NCBI RefSeq assembly: GCF_036588685.1 | Contig: NC_086382.1 | Location: 72,664,001-72,728,000, forward strand | Reading direction: 5' to 3' | DNA length: 64,000 nucleotides | Source: Mytilus trossulus | Taxonomy: Eukaryota | Shown here: positions 23,793 to 37,476 of the stretch, piece by piece | How positions within the stretch are numbered: position 1 is the stretch's first letter | Layout of the letters: the number at the start of each line of letters is the position of its first letter | Notes under the pieces: generated by a model | The model's input: the letters and a program-made list of their open reading frames with translations, nothing else | What the model was told of the DNA's origin: nothing | Databases searched by the model: none | Position numbers and translations under genes: made by a program

Positions 23793-26700
23793 ATGTTGCA
23801 CGTAACAACAGAAATTGGAAGACCGGGAAAGAAAGGTAAAATTAATATTAATTAATCAGCTGATCCAGCTGAAATATCTCCAGGTAAAAAGATAATAAAC
23901 AAACAAACTTCAATTAGAGTGGACATGGTAAACAAAACAAAAACGTGACACCAGCTCCATTAAGCTTTTTGCAGACATAATAGCCTTTAGGAGATGCAGA
24001 TCCATGATTTTGAAAAAAAGGGGGACAAACTATACAGTGTTAAAATGTAGAAGTACAAATGTAGCTGCGAATATATAGCTCTTAAGGTCATTTTGATATG
24101 TGCAGAACATTTATGTCGCCCAACAGGTTTAGAATAAACCTATTTACACATGTATACATCATTCATGTACACCATGTATAAAACGTTAAAACAGTCCTAT
24201 CAGGATTACAGTCTGTTTATTTTGGTTAGTAATTATAGAGCAGTAGCTTTTTTAGAAATACATGTACATGAGGCTGTGTTTATAAATATACAATGCATGT
24301 GCAGTTAAATGATCACCATTAACTATAGAGAAGATCTTGAACATGATGATTTATTTTTAATTTCAGAACGTGAAAAGCGACACTACCCACAGCTACAGAA
24401 TATTTGTACTGATTATGGCCCCTACAAACCCAGAGGTAGACGATATATACCACACGGGTATGGTTTCTATGATGAATGGACACCACATAACCAGAACGTG
24501 CAGGTTCAATATTCAGAGTAAGTCATATCTTGTACCATCTTATTTATTTCAGACACATTTTGTCCTTGGCAGTTTTTTGTTTTTTTTCAAATGAAAACGA
24601 GGAAGTATGGCGCTGTTCAACAGTCATAAATCGATTGAGAGAAAACAAATTTCAGTTACAAAGTAAAACTGATGGAAACACATCAACTATAAGAGGAAAA
24701 CACTGAAGTGCAACTAAAAATAAACGACATTGCAACACACACACACAAAAACATCTTCATATAATGTCATTCCGTTTTTGTTACATTTGTACATGTGCAT
24801 GTAGATGGTTAACCCTGCATTGTACATTGAATTTCATCGGATAACATTTACTTTATTATTTGATTAAAATCCAGTTTTATTGTCAGAAACAAACCTATAG
24901 TATATACAAATTTGTTCATGAACTATTTTGATTAAAAACAGTTTGAGTTATGCATAGCATAAAACCTGATGGCTATGAAGACAGATACTGTTGTGTTCTA
25001 CTTTGTATTTTATGAATTAGTATTCAATAAACGAATTGATACTTGTCATTTGTTGAAGTCCGTTAAATTTGAATACAGAACTCCTATATACATTTTGTAC
25101 ACTACATGCAGCATTTACAAATAATTGTATGTTGTCTGCTCCTCAACAATTCTTGGTTATCAATATGAAATAATTTTATGAGTCACATTTTATTAATCAT
25201 GAACAGAGCTGGTCCAGATTGGTCTTCCAAACTGAAATATATAGATCATCCTCAGAACCCAAAGTACCCAGCAGCAGAGATCTTCCCTGAGAACTGGAAA
25301 GCTATGAGACCATACCCATGTAAGTACTCATTGGTCATTTTGAACTTGTATTCTTAAGGCCATATATATATATCTAAGTGTTAGTGTAAGAACTCGGCTT
25401 TGAAGAAGTATATACATGTACAATACAATATGTAGATATACATGTAAGAAGATGTGGTATGAGTGCCAATGAGACAATTCTCCATCCAAAATACTATTTA
25501 TAAAAGTAAACTATTATAGTTCAAAGTAATGTCTTCAATATGTAGCCTTGTACATGTATATACAATGTATAGTGTCTGTTTTGATTTTTGAAGCCTATTG
25601 TTATCTGATATATTATATGTATGATTTATAAAACCACTTATAAATGATAATCTGCAATGAATGGTATTTACTTATAATTGTGTAATTGTCCTGATAAAAC
25701 TTAAAACAATAATAAAAAAAAGGAATGAGGACTACATCCAACTACCATTATCTGTGCCAATAATTGTCATGAGGTAATCAAATAGAAGAGGAATTCTGAA
25801 TGATTTGAAATAGAAAAAATCTTCCTTGGTGGTGTGAAAATTGTAAAGAATATCAGAAGGACATAAGAGCTATGGTTCCGCAGCTAGAATAAAAGGTATG
25901 AGAGTACACATCAAGGAGAGACCAACATAAAAACACAATAAACAAAAAGACTTAAAGGTAAACAGATAGTTTTCACTAACATACAAAGCTTTAAATCACT
26001 CTGGTTTAAAACAAATATGTATCTGATGATGTTTGCTGTTTTCTGTAGATATAATGAATAATTGTTTCCGTGTTTTTCAGTTACTTACAGGAGGTCGGAT
26101 AATGAGTGGCTATTAGACCCTGGACTGTCCAGTAAAGGGATGAAATGTACATTTAATGGTGTTCATAGAGCCACAGATACTTCCTCTGATGAAATCACAC
26201 ATAGAATGTTATATGGTAGAGGCAGAAGGGGTAATACTATAAGATAATGCAGATTAAGTTAAAATTAAGTTTGTTTGACATTTGATAATGGTAATGTTGT
26301 TCAATAATTAATCTGGACTCAAAGTAAATTATGCTTAAAAATTACTTACACCAATAATATTGCACTATAAAAGGTCATTCCTTTTTATATTTTGATGTCA
26401 GGTTCTAAATGAAATAGTTGGTGACCGTCTGCTGTTGTCTGCTCTATGGTCGGGTTGTCTCTTTGACACATTCCCCATTTCCATTCTCTATTTTAATATC
26501 ACAACAATTGCTATGTCGAAATTTAGTATATTGACTTGATTTTATAAAAAAAAAAAAAATGTTATGTTTCTAATTTTGTATGAAAATGCTTGTAGGTGCT
26601 TTGAAAAAAAAGTTGATTGCCATTAAAACTTAAGGGATAAATTTGTCTGTACATTCCCTCACTATATTGTACTTATAAAGTTTTAAACAAAACTATGTCA

Positions 26701-29700
26701 GATAAATACCATCTTCTTCCTGAAAAATAAAAAATCATGTGTTTGTTTTTTTATTTACAGAAGTAACCATAGATAAGAGGAATGGTCTACCCTATGCCTC
26801 TGAAGGGGACAAGAATTATCAGGCTCCAGAATATAGTTCAGGCTTTCATCGAGTCGGATCTTCCCTTCCACTGCCTCAGTTCGGGTAATTATTTATTAAT
26901 ATATTTGATATCTTTGTTGTACAAGTATAACTAAGTCAATGTTAAGTGGTAAGAAGAAGTTTTCAATGTGGACATTTAATAAATCTGTAAAAAATATATT
27001 TAAACAAAATTGAGGTGTAATAAGATAACTATGATTCTATAAATTTTATTTTTGTAGCACTGTCAGGTAGTTACATTCTGTGAATTAACATACATTTGTT
27101 TGTGTCTGTGTGTTGTAACAATAGTCATCCAAGATCTTGTCCTTTTGAAGAAGAGGATTTACTTTCCTTTTTTAACAGAATCACAATGTTAAAAATGTCT
27201 AATGATTTCACAATATTATGAGCAATAAAATAAGCAATTGGTGACCTCACTTAAAATTGGTTCATTTAATCATAGGAATTATTTCTTTTGACCAAAAGAT
27301 AATTCAGTTTTATGGAGAATATTTTAGTTTAAAATTTTTTGGCTATATATACATTCATAGCATTATTGACTTTATTGTTTCAATTTTTAAATCTCTATAA
27401 ACTCTTACAATATATATTACCAGAGGCTAAATAGATGAAGGAGAATAATAAAAAAATCTCTCTTATGATGAAGTCAAGAAAATTAATAATAAAACAAAGC
27501 TGGTGACAAAATTGATCAAAAGTTATTTCTGATCAACAATCGTACATTTTAAAGAAATTATTTGTTGAATGTTGTCTTTTCCCGTGTATAATAGATTAAA
27601 AAAGTCAAATCTGTGCAGGTTCTTAAATAAAAGATGAATATTTTTAATACACCCAAATGCATTAGAAAACTTAATTGAATTTTGGTCCAAGAATTTATTG
27701 GCATATCAACATTTTAAACCACTTTCTTTAACACTAATTGAGATTGTTTGTTGAATTCCTCTTTATTATGTTATTCTAGGAGGGAAATGGTAACATAATT
27801 ACAGTCATGTTTAGTTTTATTTAAATCTTATTTTATTGTAACTTTTTACCAGAACATTTTCATGTGAATTTATTATTAATAGCATCCCTGCTAAAAAGAG
27901 ACACACAGAGAAAAGAGTAAAATTTCTGTGTTTACAGGGGAGGTAATATTTTGTCACTAGATTTCCCATTTTTGCTACATTGTATATATAGTACCCATAT
28001 TTTAAAGGGTTTGATTTTTGTGGCCATTTAATAGAAAAAGTAATGAATTTATAGCTTCACCCACTGAAAAAAAAAGTATATCACAAGAAACATTGTTTTG
28101 CTCACTCCACCAGGGGAGAGGGTTCATGGATTATCCTTGTCAGTCTGTTAATCATTATGTTAGTCCTGAAATCTTAACAAAAGTTTACCTCAACCAAATG
28201 TTTGATTTTTGGTGGCACCTTTTTAACCTTTCTTGAGTAATGACTTTTGAAATAGTATATGTAAGGTTAGGCACAGTCTGTGCCCCAATTATTTATTTTG
28301 TAAAGAATTAAGCATGTAAAAAGTACATTTGTTTTATATACATGTATAAGAATCAATTATCATACATCAACTTTCCATTTTCTATAGAAGGAATTTGTCT
28401 GGAAAATAATATAAGAAACATACCTAATCTAGCTATTGATATACAAATGTAAGCCAACACTATAAATAGAATATAAAATCCTCTATCATTGACTTTGTAG
28501 TATATATAGGTGGAAAAAACCATGGCCATCTTTTGTTCACGTCTATGACTAGTAAGTTCCTGTAGAGAACTACATTTATAGGAAAGGGAATCATTTATAA
28601 ATAATATAGTTAGTCTTTGGAATATTTTTGGAGATATGGTTACTTCATTTAAAAATTCTATTGTATAGATATGTTTTTTTGTCTTTTCTTTCTTTTAGAA
28701 TTAAGATCTATTCATTTTAGATTTATTACTGATAATTGACCTTACTTTATATTATATATTAGATTTTAGTTAAAAAGAAGTTAATAGATATTAATTAATA
28801 AATCGAATGATAGGCTAGCTATAATAACAAAACCAATCTTACATGCATTTATAACATCTTTAAAAATTGTAAAACTTAATGTTTTATATCAAATCAAATG
28901 TAGCTATACAGTATAATAATGTTTTTAAATGACAGTGCTTGGTAAACGTATAAGGCTGGCTGGAAAAAAATATATTCATAACATATGTATTATATCATGT
29001 ATATTATGGCAATTCAGGTTGCACTATGATTAATTATTTATTCTTTCATTCTTTGAAAAATAACTAGTGTTTGCAATCTCTGTTTTGCGTCTGAAGATAT
29101 TTAAACGTCCCATCAAATGATTGTTTCACAGTAGTAAAAATTAATAAACTTAAAAGGTTTACGATAATTGATAATGTTTCATTAATCATATTTTAAAACA
29201 AAAACGTTTTAATTATAAATAGTGTAAGAGACTTCCTAACACTAATCCCTTTGTAGAAGATACTTATATATGTGTTTTATCCTTGTGTTGAATGTTATAA
29301 ACATATTAATACCAGTCCTGCCAGTTGTATTTCAGTCTCCTTTTGGTATGCCAGGAATTTATTGACATCTGAATTGTTAAATTAATTAAAGATAAGATAT
29401 ATATGGGCTGTGACTGGGTTCTGTATCAGAATAGATATTCTGTGATTCTTTTTATTAAGTGGGAACCATTTCAAAAGGATTGTTACTTTCATAAATATGT
29501 ATTAATCATTCATTTTATCACTTTACAAAATTAATGATGGGACTATATTTTGTTAAAAATTATAATTTCCTGGTATACCAAACAACAAAACCATTCCCAA
29601 TTTAACCTTGTGTATGTGTGTATTATATTGCTTACCATGTGTTGTGTGTTTGTTGCAGTGCTAATTTTGGCAAAAAACAAGTAGATACATTCGTACCCCT

Positions 29701-32689
29701 CCAGCCTTTACCATCCGTCAAAAGGTACCATATCTTTCTTATTAGCATGAATTTGTAGTATAATCTTTTAGCATGCACATTTCCTCTTTCACATGTTATC
29801 CTTTGTTTTATTTTTGTATTGTTACTCTTTATTGCATGCTCTTTTGATATACAATTTATTTATATTAACTGTCTATTTTCTGAAGCCACTATATATATAT
29901 AGGGTTTTTAAACCTGGTTGCAGTTGGAATACTGCATTTTCTTACTTTGCTATGCTCATTTTTGAAAATCAGAACCTAAAATCTTTCTGAATGTAACACA
30001 TATATAATTCAGCATACTTTTTACTAATTAACTTCTTATTTCTGTTTGAAAACACTTGGTTCTTCTGTGTATTATTCTAGCATGATCAACAACTACATGG
30101 TTTGTAGAAGTTTAGGGTATATAAATTGTGATTTACAGACACATTTCAATTAATGGTGATTGTTTTGAGGCAAAGAACTCAAAAATTATAATAGTTTTTT
30201 AGGATGTGGTATGATAGTGCAGAGCATTATGTTGGCTTGAAATAACAATTATTCTTCGTTATCTAAGCACCAACAGTAATTTTAACTGAATCATCAATTA
30301 TGTACTAAATGAAACTATAAAAAAAGAAGATGTGGTATGATTGCCAATGAAACAACTCTCCACAAGAGACCAAAAGGACACAGAAATTAACACCTATAGG
30401 TCACCATACAGCCTTCAAAAATTAGCAAAGCCCATGATTAGTTAATCATATTGTAGTCAAATGCAAACATAAGAATTAATTTATATTGCAATAGTTCAAA
30501 TTAAATGAACCATAAATGATACATGTACATGTAATAGTCATACTTTTAGTTTGAATCAAGTTAGAAAGCACTGAAAAAAGCTTTTATTTAACAGTTTAGT
30601 CTGACTTATTCAAATTATTTTTCATTTCATACTTGGTTCTTTATTACCTGTCAGAATGATTTAGTTAAGAAGGCTCGCGGGTATAAGAATTTCAGAAAAA
30701 AAAATCAACTTTAATTTTTCATTACAAAATTTATGTAGTACCTTTAGTAGTTGTAACTTTATCATATGGTACAAAAATCATTCCAAAATATCAATTTGTG
30801 TTGGCTCCATGTGACTTTTAAATTGTAGATATCAGTGAACAAGCTCCAAATTATCTCCCTTTGGTGCAAAAATGCCATTTTTCGGCATTAAAATTGAAAT
30901 ATCTTTTTTAACTTATCTGTGACCTATATGTTTTATTGTTATTTTCGAATAAGCTGTACATAAACTAAATAATTATAAAATTTAAGCGATTTCTGTAATT
31001 CAGTTCTTTTTTTATTTCGATATTACCGCTATTTCTCCTATTAGTTTAACAGAAAAAAAGGACATTAACAAAAGTGTATGCTTCTTTCGAAAGCAGATTG
31101 TGAGCGTAAATGAACGGTGACCCCATTTTTTTATTTCATTTTTCTATGAAGTATAAGATAAACTATAGAGAAATCCTATATTAAATTAAAAAAATTATTT
31201 AGACCCGCGAGCCCCCTTAACATATCTCTACATTACAGGATTACTGCCCAATTATTTTTAAAAAATCCAAAAAAAATTAATGAAAATTGAGTTATCTGCC
31301 CCTTTTTAGCTCACCTGACCTGAAAGGTCAAGTGAGCTTTTCTCATCACTTGGCGTCCATTGTCCGGCGTCTGTAAACTTTTACAAAAATCTTCTCTGAA
31401 ACAACTGGGCCAAATTTAACTCAATCATCATTGGGATATCTAGTTATAAAAATGTGTCGGATGACCTGGTCAACCAACCAAGATGGCTGCCATGTCTAAA
31501 AATAGAACATAGGGGTAAAATGTAGATTTTGGCTTATAGCTCTGTAACCAAAGCATTTAGAGCCAATCTGACAGGGGTAAAAGTGTTGATAGGTCACGAG
31601 TCAAGATCTATCTGCCCTGAAATTTTCGGACAAATCGGACAACCCATTGTTGGGTTGCTGCCCCCGTATTGGTAATTTTAAGGAAATTTTGCAGATTTTG
31701 ATTATTATCTTGAATATTATTGCAGAAAGAGATAAACTGTAAACAGCAATAATTTTCAGAAAAATAAGATCTACAAATAAGTCAACATGACCAAAATTGT
31801 CAGTTGTCTCCACTAAGGAGTTATTGCCCTTTATAGTCAATTTTTAACATTTTTTGTAAATTTTTAACAATTTTTGTAAATTTTAGAATTTTTTTCCACT
31901 CTTATTACTGGGCCAAGTTCATTATAGATAGAGATAATTGTAGCAACAAGAATGTTCAGTAAAGTAAGATCTACAAACACATCACCAAAACACAATTTTG
32001 TCATGAATTTATCTGTGTCCGTTGTTTAATATGCACATAGACCAAGGTGAGCGACACGTTATGTTCATGGTATCTTTTCTGGTGAATTTAATGTTGCTTT
32101 ATAATGCTGTTTACAGTTGTTTAAGATGATGCTTTGTCCATTAAACAAATAACAGAACCACAGTGTCTTTGTAGTATTTTTATTATGCTATTTGCATCAG
32201 CTTGAGCTTGAAAATAAAATATTGACATTGCAAATATCAATTAAAGAATTTTTACAAAGATTTTATTGTATTAATGTATTCAATATATAATTACTTATCT
32301 GTTTGTCTCATGATGAAATGACTGTTTTATCATGTTATAAGTTGTTTGGATAATTAACAAATCTGTGTATAAACGTAATTTAGATTTTTTATATATCTCT
32401 TTCAAAATGAAATTTTAATAACCATTTCTTATGTATTTTTTATTAAGAATAAAGTCAGGAAAAAACTAAAAACATACACCAGTACATAAAAATTGCAAAA
32501 TAAAAGTATTTGTAATCAGAAAGTAACTTGTTTCATTTTTTATATAGAGACACATTTAGAGAAGTAGAGAAAAGAAAACAGAAAGAAAATGAAATCAATG
32601 TGGTGAAAAATTTAGATGTATGGAAACCTGCCACACCACTGAACATTATACAACACAACGAGGAAGTGGCTGCTGCCACCAAAAAGTAA
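23793..32689 (+). CDS. SPATS1: Spermatogenesis-associated serine-rich protein 1-like, 7 coding exons: 23793-23835, 24367-24517, 25207-25319, 26081-26230, 26761-26884, 29659-29724, 32548-32689 (262 aa)
   Basis: All junctions are GT-AG with consistent phases (789 nt total). The C-terminus DKRNGLPYASEGDKNYQAPEYSSGFHRVGSSLPLPQFG...KKQVDTFVPLQPLP...ENEINVVKNLDVWKPATPL matches the SPATS1 conserved domain as I recall it (RNGIP...GD..Y.YPE.S.GFH..GS...DTFIPLEPLP...LD.W.PA.PL). Confidence 0.85.
30669..31216. mobile_element. Non-autonomous DNA transposon with TTAA TSD and purine-starting TIRs (Kolobok-like), in SPATS1 intron 6
   Basis: ttaa|gaaggctcgcgggt ... acccgcgagccccc|ttaa. Confidence 0.75.
31303..32057 (+). 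mobile_element. Helentron/HINE (DINE-1-like) non-autonomous element, 3' end truncated
   Basis: Starts in a T-run with tagctcacctgacctgaaaggtcaagtgagc (subterminal IR plus hairpin) and ends with the complementary aggtgagc. Confidence 0.6.
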
Positions 32690-35600
32690 TAATGTGCTAC
32701 CACTGCCATATCATCTGTTTTGGCTGCCATTTAAATAGCAATGTTCTGCCATGGTTTTCCTATCAGTATTAGACATCTTAATAGATATTTTTCTTAATTT
32801 ACATGGCATCTTACATTTATATTGTATTTTTGATATCTGATGAAATGAAATTTGAAGTTATTGATGTTTTTTTAATCTAACATTGATTATATATTTTCTC
32901 AAAGCTTCAAAAAGAGTTGCAAACTTTCCTTTCTTTATATTTTTCCTAATCAAATCCAATAAATCATTTGGTGCAAGTTATTTTGCTTAAGACTATCGGT
33001 ATATCTTTTTTTTCTAATTTTGAATGTTAACTTAGGTGTATGTAAAATTATTTGCAAAATGAGTTCATAAGTAGACAAAGTGTTAAATTAGTGCTCAAAA
33101 TAACAATGGAATTGTACATGTTGTGAGTTTCTGTGCAAACTTCCAACATCTGCAATCTGTTGTCCTTTTTGTATTCAATTTCATTATATGAAGTAACTTA
33201 TATATATGTGAAGAAAGTGGCAGATGACAATATAAACATAAATGTAGCTATAAGTGATAAAAAAATCAATGCTATTTGAGTGACTTTAATAGCTTTTTAT
33301 CCTTTACTGCCCTTTTGAAACATAATGCCTATTCTTAGTTGTTTTCTTCCTAAAAGTTCACTTCTATTGAAAATTTATGATTGAATCACTATAGTTCAGT
33401 CTTTATACAGAAATGCACAATAGTTATATATCCTTGTATTTATAAATACAAATTTATTTCTATGATTTGCTCAATTATTTATTTAATTATATAAGATATT
33501 TATGTGTTTTTGAGAGATACATACAATGTATGATTGATATAATTTTGTGATAAATGTTTTACATGGTATATATTGGGTTATGTAGATTTTCATTGAAAAG
33601 TTATGATACAAAAGAATTTGTCTACACCAAGTGAATGGACTTCGTGTTGTGATAAGATATTATTTATGTTCAAATATGGAAATGTTATAAGTGTAAGTTA
33701 TATAAATATCAGTTAAAGACTAGGTTCTGTCTAACCTCGAACAAGTTTAATTTGAGATTTACTCAATACAACTTCAAACTACAGAGACCTGTTTGTTTTT
33801 ACATACAAATAATAGTTTTTTGTTTTTTCACAAGTCAAACTTCAACAATGCACCATGGTTTTCATATTGAAACAGTAATCACAAATGGCATTAAACTAGT
33901 ACTAATTTCTAACATATTAGTGAATAAAGTGCAAAACCTAAAATTTAATATTTTTCAATCTGGAAATAGAGACAAATGATCAATCAAGATGTATTAATAT
34001 GAAGCCCAGACGAATAGATTTTAAATAAAATTGACATCAGTATGTGAAATAATTGTTATGTTTCTGAAGAAATAAATGTTAGATGTTTCATGACAATTGC
34101 TGTTTTGTTAACGCTATCAGTATTTTAATATTGATATTACAACCTTATATCTATTGATGTATAATTTCTTTTTCTTTTTTATATTGAAAATATTACTTCA
34201 GTTTGAATTCTGAAAAAAAATCCCAATTTATTCTGAATGCTCTATAAAATATGATTAAAATTTTGTGTGTTGAATAACTTATTTGATTTTATAATATCTG
34301 CTTTTATTATTCCATATCTTTTTGCTAACCATCAGTATTAAAGCTTGTATGTGATATATTTTATAATGTTGTATGATACAGGGTTTGCTTTTAAGATAGA
34401 GCTCAATATTATCAAAATTTACAATATTTTAGAAATATGCATTTTAAATCAGTTTGTTTGTTTAAATTTAGAAATCTTATATTTTTGTGTTTTGTTTACA
34501 TAGATGTGATATATTTACATGTTTGTGTTGTTGTTTTATCTTAACATCATTGTCTATTTATATTTACAATTTATACTATGCTGTTATCTATATATAAAAA
34601 TCTGTGATATTTTGTATACCATTCTTTATCATGTAAATTGTGTGTACCCTTTTGGAAAGTAAATTGCACTGATAATTTTCATAATAAATATATTATTTAT
34701 CAATAAAATTTGAGGAATTGTTTTAAATGGATATTCCTATAACTGACATTGGTCTCTAAAATTCTCCATTTTTTTTCTATAAAACAATCATGTTTGAATC
34801 TTCTTAACTATCTGTGACAATGTATTTACATTATGTATCTGATTGCTTATTATCATATTGCTTCAATCATTTTATTCTTTATTAAAATTTTAAGAAAATC
34901 AGACATTTTTTGTTTTGAATGAAAAAAAATTGACTTAGTCTGGAAATTAGGTAAGTTTGACTATCTTAGAAATTTTAGATGGCAATTGTTTAAAGCTTGA
35001 TTTATTTGTCTATAATTGATACGGCTAGCAGCTATGGTATTTATATATAAAAATAAGAGGTTGGATGATTGCCAGTGAGACAGTTCTAGCAGAGACCCAA
35101 TGATGTAGGAGGTTATCTATTATTGTTCACAGTATGACCTAACAGTGAACAAAACCTATATCCCTAGAGTTGTTTGTGTATACATAAATTTGATTTCAAC
35201 CTTATTCATGTGAAATCACAATAATAAAAGTTCAAAACCTGCATCCATGATGTGGGATTTACTATCCAATCTTTTCTCTTACAGTTGAGAAATATTTGCC
35301 TTTATGGGGTGTTAACAATTCTTTTTATTTAAAATCTGAATCAATACAATGATTTAAAAAAGTAGGTACTAGTATTAAAATGAGGGTTGAAATGCTCAGC
35401 AAACAGAAAGTAGATGTATGGTACATGTAAAAATTGCTTACCCCCTACTTCTCAACATTATGAACCTGTAGGCCAAATATGAAATCATCTTTTTAAAAGA
35501 AACCAAGAAAGTTTGACATATGTTTCCTCGTAACAATGTGTGTTGTAAGTTTTCAAACCTTATTGAACAGGGAGTGGCTGCATGGTAGAGGTCTGGATGA

Positions 35601-36140
35601 CAGATGTAATAAAGTGTAGCATGATTTTTTGGTCAAACCTTCATGGATTTTTATGAAATTTGACCAAAGCTTATCTAGAAGACTAAAAAATAACATTAAA
35701 GAAAATTTTGTATTTTACTGATACATGTTCCACGGTGCCCTTTGCAAATTTTAGATTAAAGTGTTCGTGGTATCAGACCTGACATCAACAACAAATCTTA
35801 AGCATTACAAAAATAAGATAACTAAAGATGAGTGGTAACTGCCTCGGGTATTATAATCAGTTTAGTGTAAAGATTTCCGTTTTGTCGGATTTACTTGTAC
35901 TCATTTTCATAATTCATTCCTCAACATATGACTAGATCAGAATACTGTATATTAAAAAAAAAACGGGACAACTTGGAATGCATGAGATGCTCATTTTGAC
36001 ATGATTAAATGATATCGAATTAAAATGTATTTTATTTCATTTTGCCCACTTCACGAGTAAAGGAGATTGGATATTCTGTAAAAGCTATAGTTTAACCCTC
36101 CCTAAAACAGCAATCAATGAAACCAGGATTATAATTTAGA

Positions 36141-36184
36141 ACGCCAGACGCGTGTTTCGTCTACATAAAACTCATCAGTGACGC
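36141..36184 (-). ncRNA. Minimal hammerhead ribozyme, inverted copy (element ~36122-36325)
   Basis: Minus strand: gcgtca CTGATGA gttt-tatgt-agac GAAA cacgcg TC tggcgt. Confidence 0.75.
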
Positions 36185-36853
36185 TAATTTCAAAATATTT
36201 ATAAAACCAAGCAAGTACAAGTTGAAGAGCATTGAGGATCCAAAATTCCAAAACGTTGTGCCAAATACGTCTAAGGTTATGTATGTCTGGGATAAAAAAA
36301 TCCGAAGTTTTTCGAAAAAATCAACATGAGACTGTTCCAAGCAAAACAAAACGTCAGTCTTTTGATATATCTTAGCTTAGCTTTTGTAATTTGGTGAATT
36401 TGAGGTTTGTGTTAGTCCTCTGATACTCTGTTTAAAATTATCATCTTTTACTTTCTACATCCGATTACATGTCGACATACTTTCGCCCATTATGTATGTT
36501 ACCATGACAATTTTCCACAACTTAGTAGTAATATACAATTTAACTTCAACTGCATATAGGATACATATTTTCCAATTTATTCGGTGTTCAAGAGATTGCA
36601 GATGCTGCTCTGACTTTGAGAGTATCACCAGCCCAGTATTCAGCACTTCGATGTTGACATGAATATCAATTATATGGTCCTATTTTTTATAAATTTTCTG
36701 TTTACAAAACTTAGAATTTTTCGAAAAACTAAGGATTTTTTTACCCCCGGGAGTAGATTACCTTAGCCGTAATTGGTACAACTTTTTGGAATTTTGGGTC
36801 CTCAATGCTCTTCAACTTTGTATTTGTTTGGCTTTTTAACTGTTTTGATCTGA

Positions 36854-36897
36854 GCGTCACTGATGAGTCTTATGTAGACGAAACGCGCGTCTGGCGT
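36854..36897 (+). ncRNA. Minimal type I hammerhead ribozyme in the most complete (~300 bp) repeat copy, 36622-36927
   Basis: gcgtca CTGATGA gtct-tatgt-agac GAAA cgcgcg TC tggcgt. Confidence 0.88.
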
Positions 36898-36927
36898 ATA
36901 AAATTATAATTCTGGAACCTTTGATAA

Positions 36928-37476
36928 TAAAATTGAGAATGGAAATGGGGAATGTGTCAAAGAGACAACAACCCGACCAAAATAAAAAAACACAACAGCA
37001 GAAGGTCACCAACAGGTCTTCAATGAAGCGAGAAATTCCCGCACCCGGAGGCGTCCTTCAGCTTGCCCCATAACAAATATATACTAGTTCAGTGATAATG
37101 AACGCCATACTAATTTCCAAATTGTACACAAGAAACTAAAATTTAAATAATACAAGACTAACAAAGGCCAGAGGCTCCTGACTTGGGACAGGCGCAAAAA
37201 TGCGGCGGGGTTAAACATGTTTGTGAGATCTCAACCCTCCCCCTATACCTCTAACCAGTGTAGAAAAGTAAAAGCATAACAATACGCACATTAAAATTCA
37301 GTTCAAGAGAAGTCCGAGTCTGATGTCAGAAGATGTAACCAAAGAAAATAAACAAAATGACAATAATACATAAATAACAACAGACTACTAGCAGTTAACT
37401 GACATGCCAGCTCCAGACTTCAATTAAACTGACTGAAAGATTATGATTTCATCATATGAACATCAGGCACAATCCT
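36928..37476 (-). mobile_element. 5'-truncated 3' segment of a Penelope-like element, inserted into the end of a hammerhead repeat
   Basis: Reverse complement of ~45128-45677; flanked by the direct repeat tttgataa (36920-36927, 37477-37484). Confidence 0.75.
37166..37256 (-). ncRNA. Twister-ribozyme-like motif, P5-type, second family
   Basis: Minus strand reads ggttagagg tata gggg ga ggg ttgagatctcacaaacatgtt taa cccc gc cgca tttt tgcg cctg t ccc aa gt cagg ag cctctggcc. Confidence 0.7.

Noticed and set aside
23795-23809. RFX X-box-like gttgcacgtaac at the SPATS1 start
   Set aside because: Spacing is shorter than the canonical X-box and it lies in coding sequence; too weak to call.
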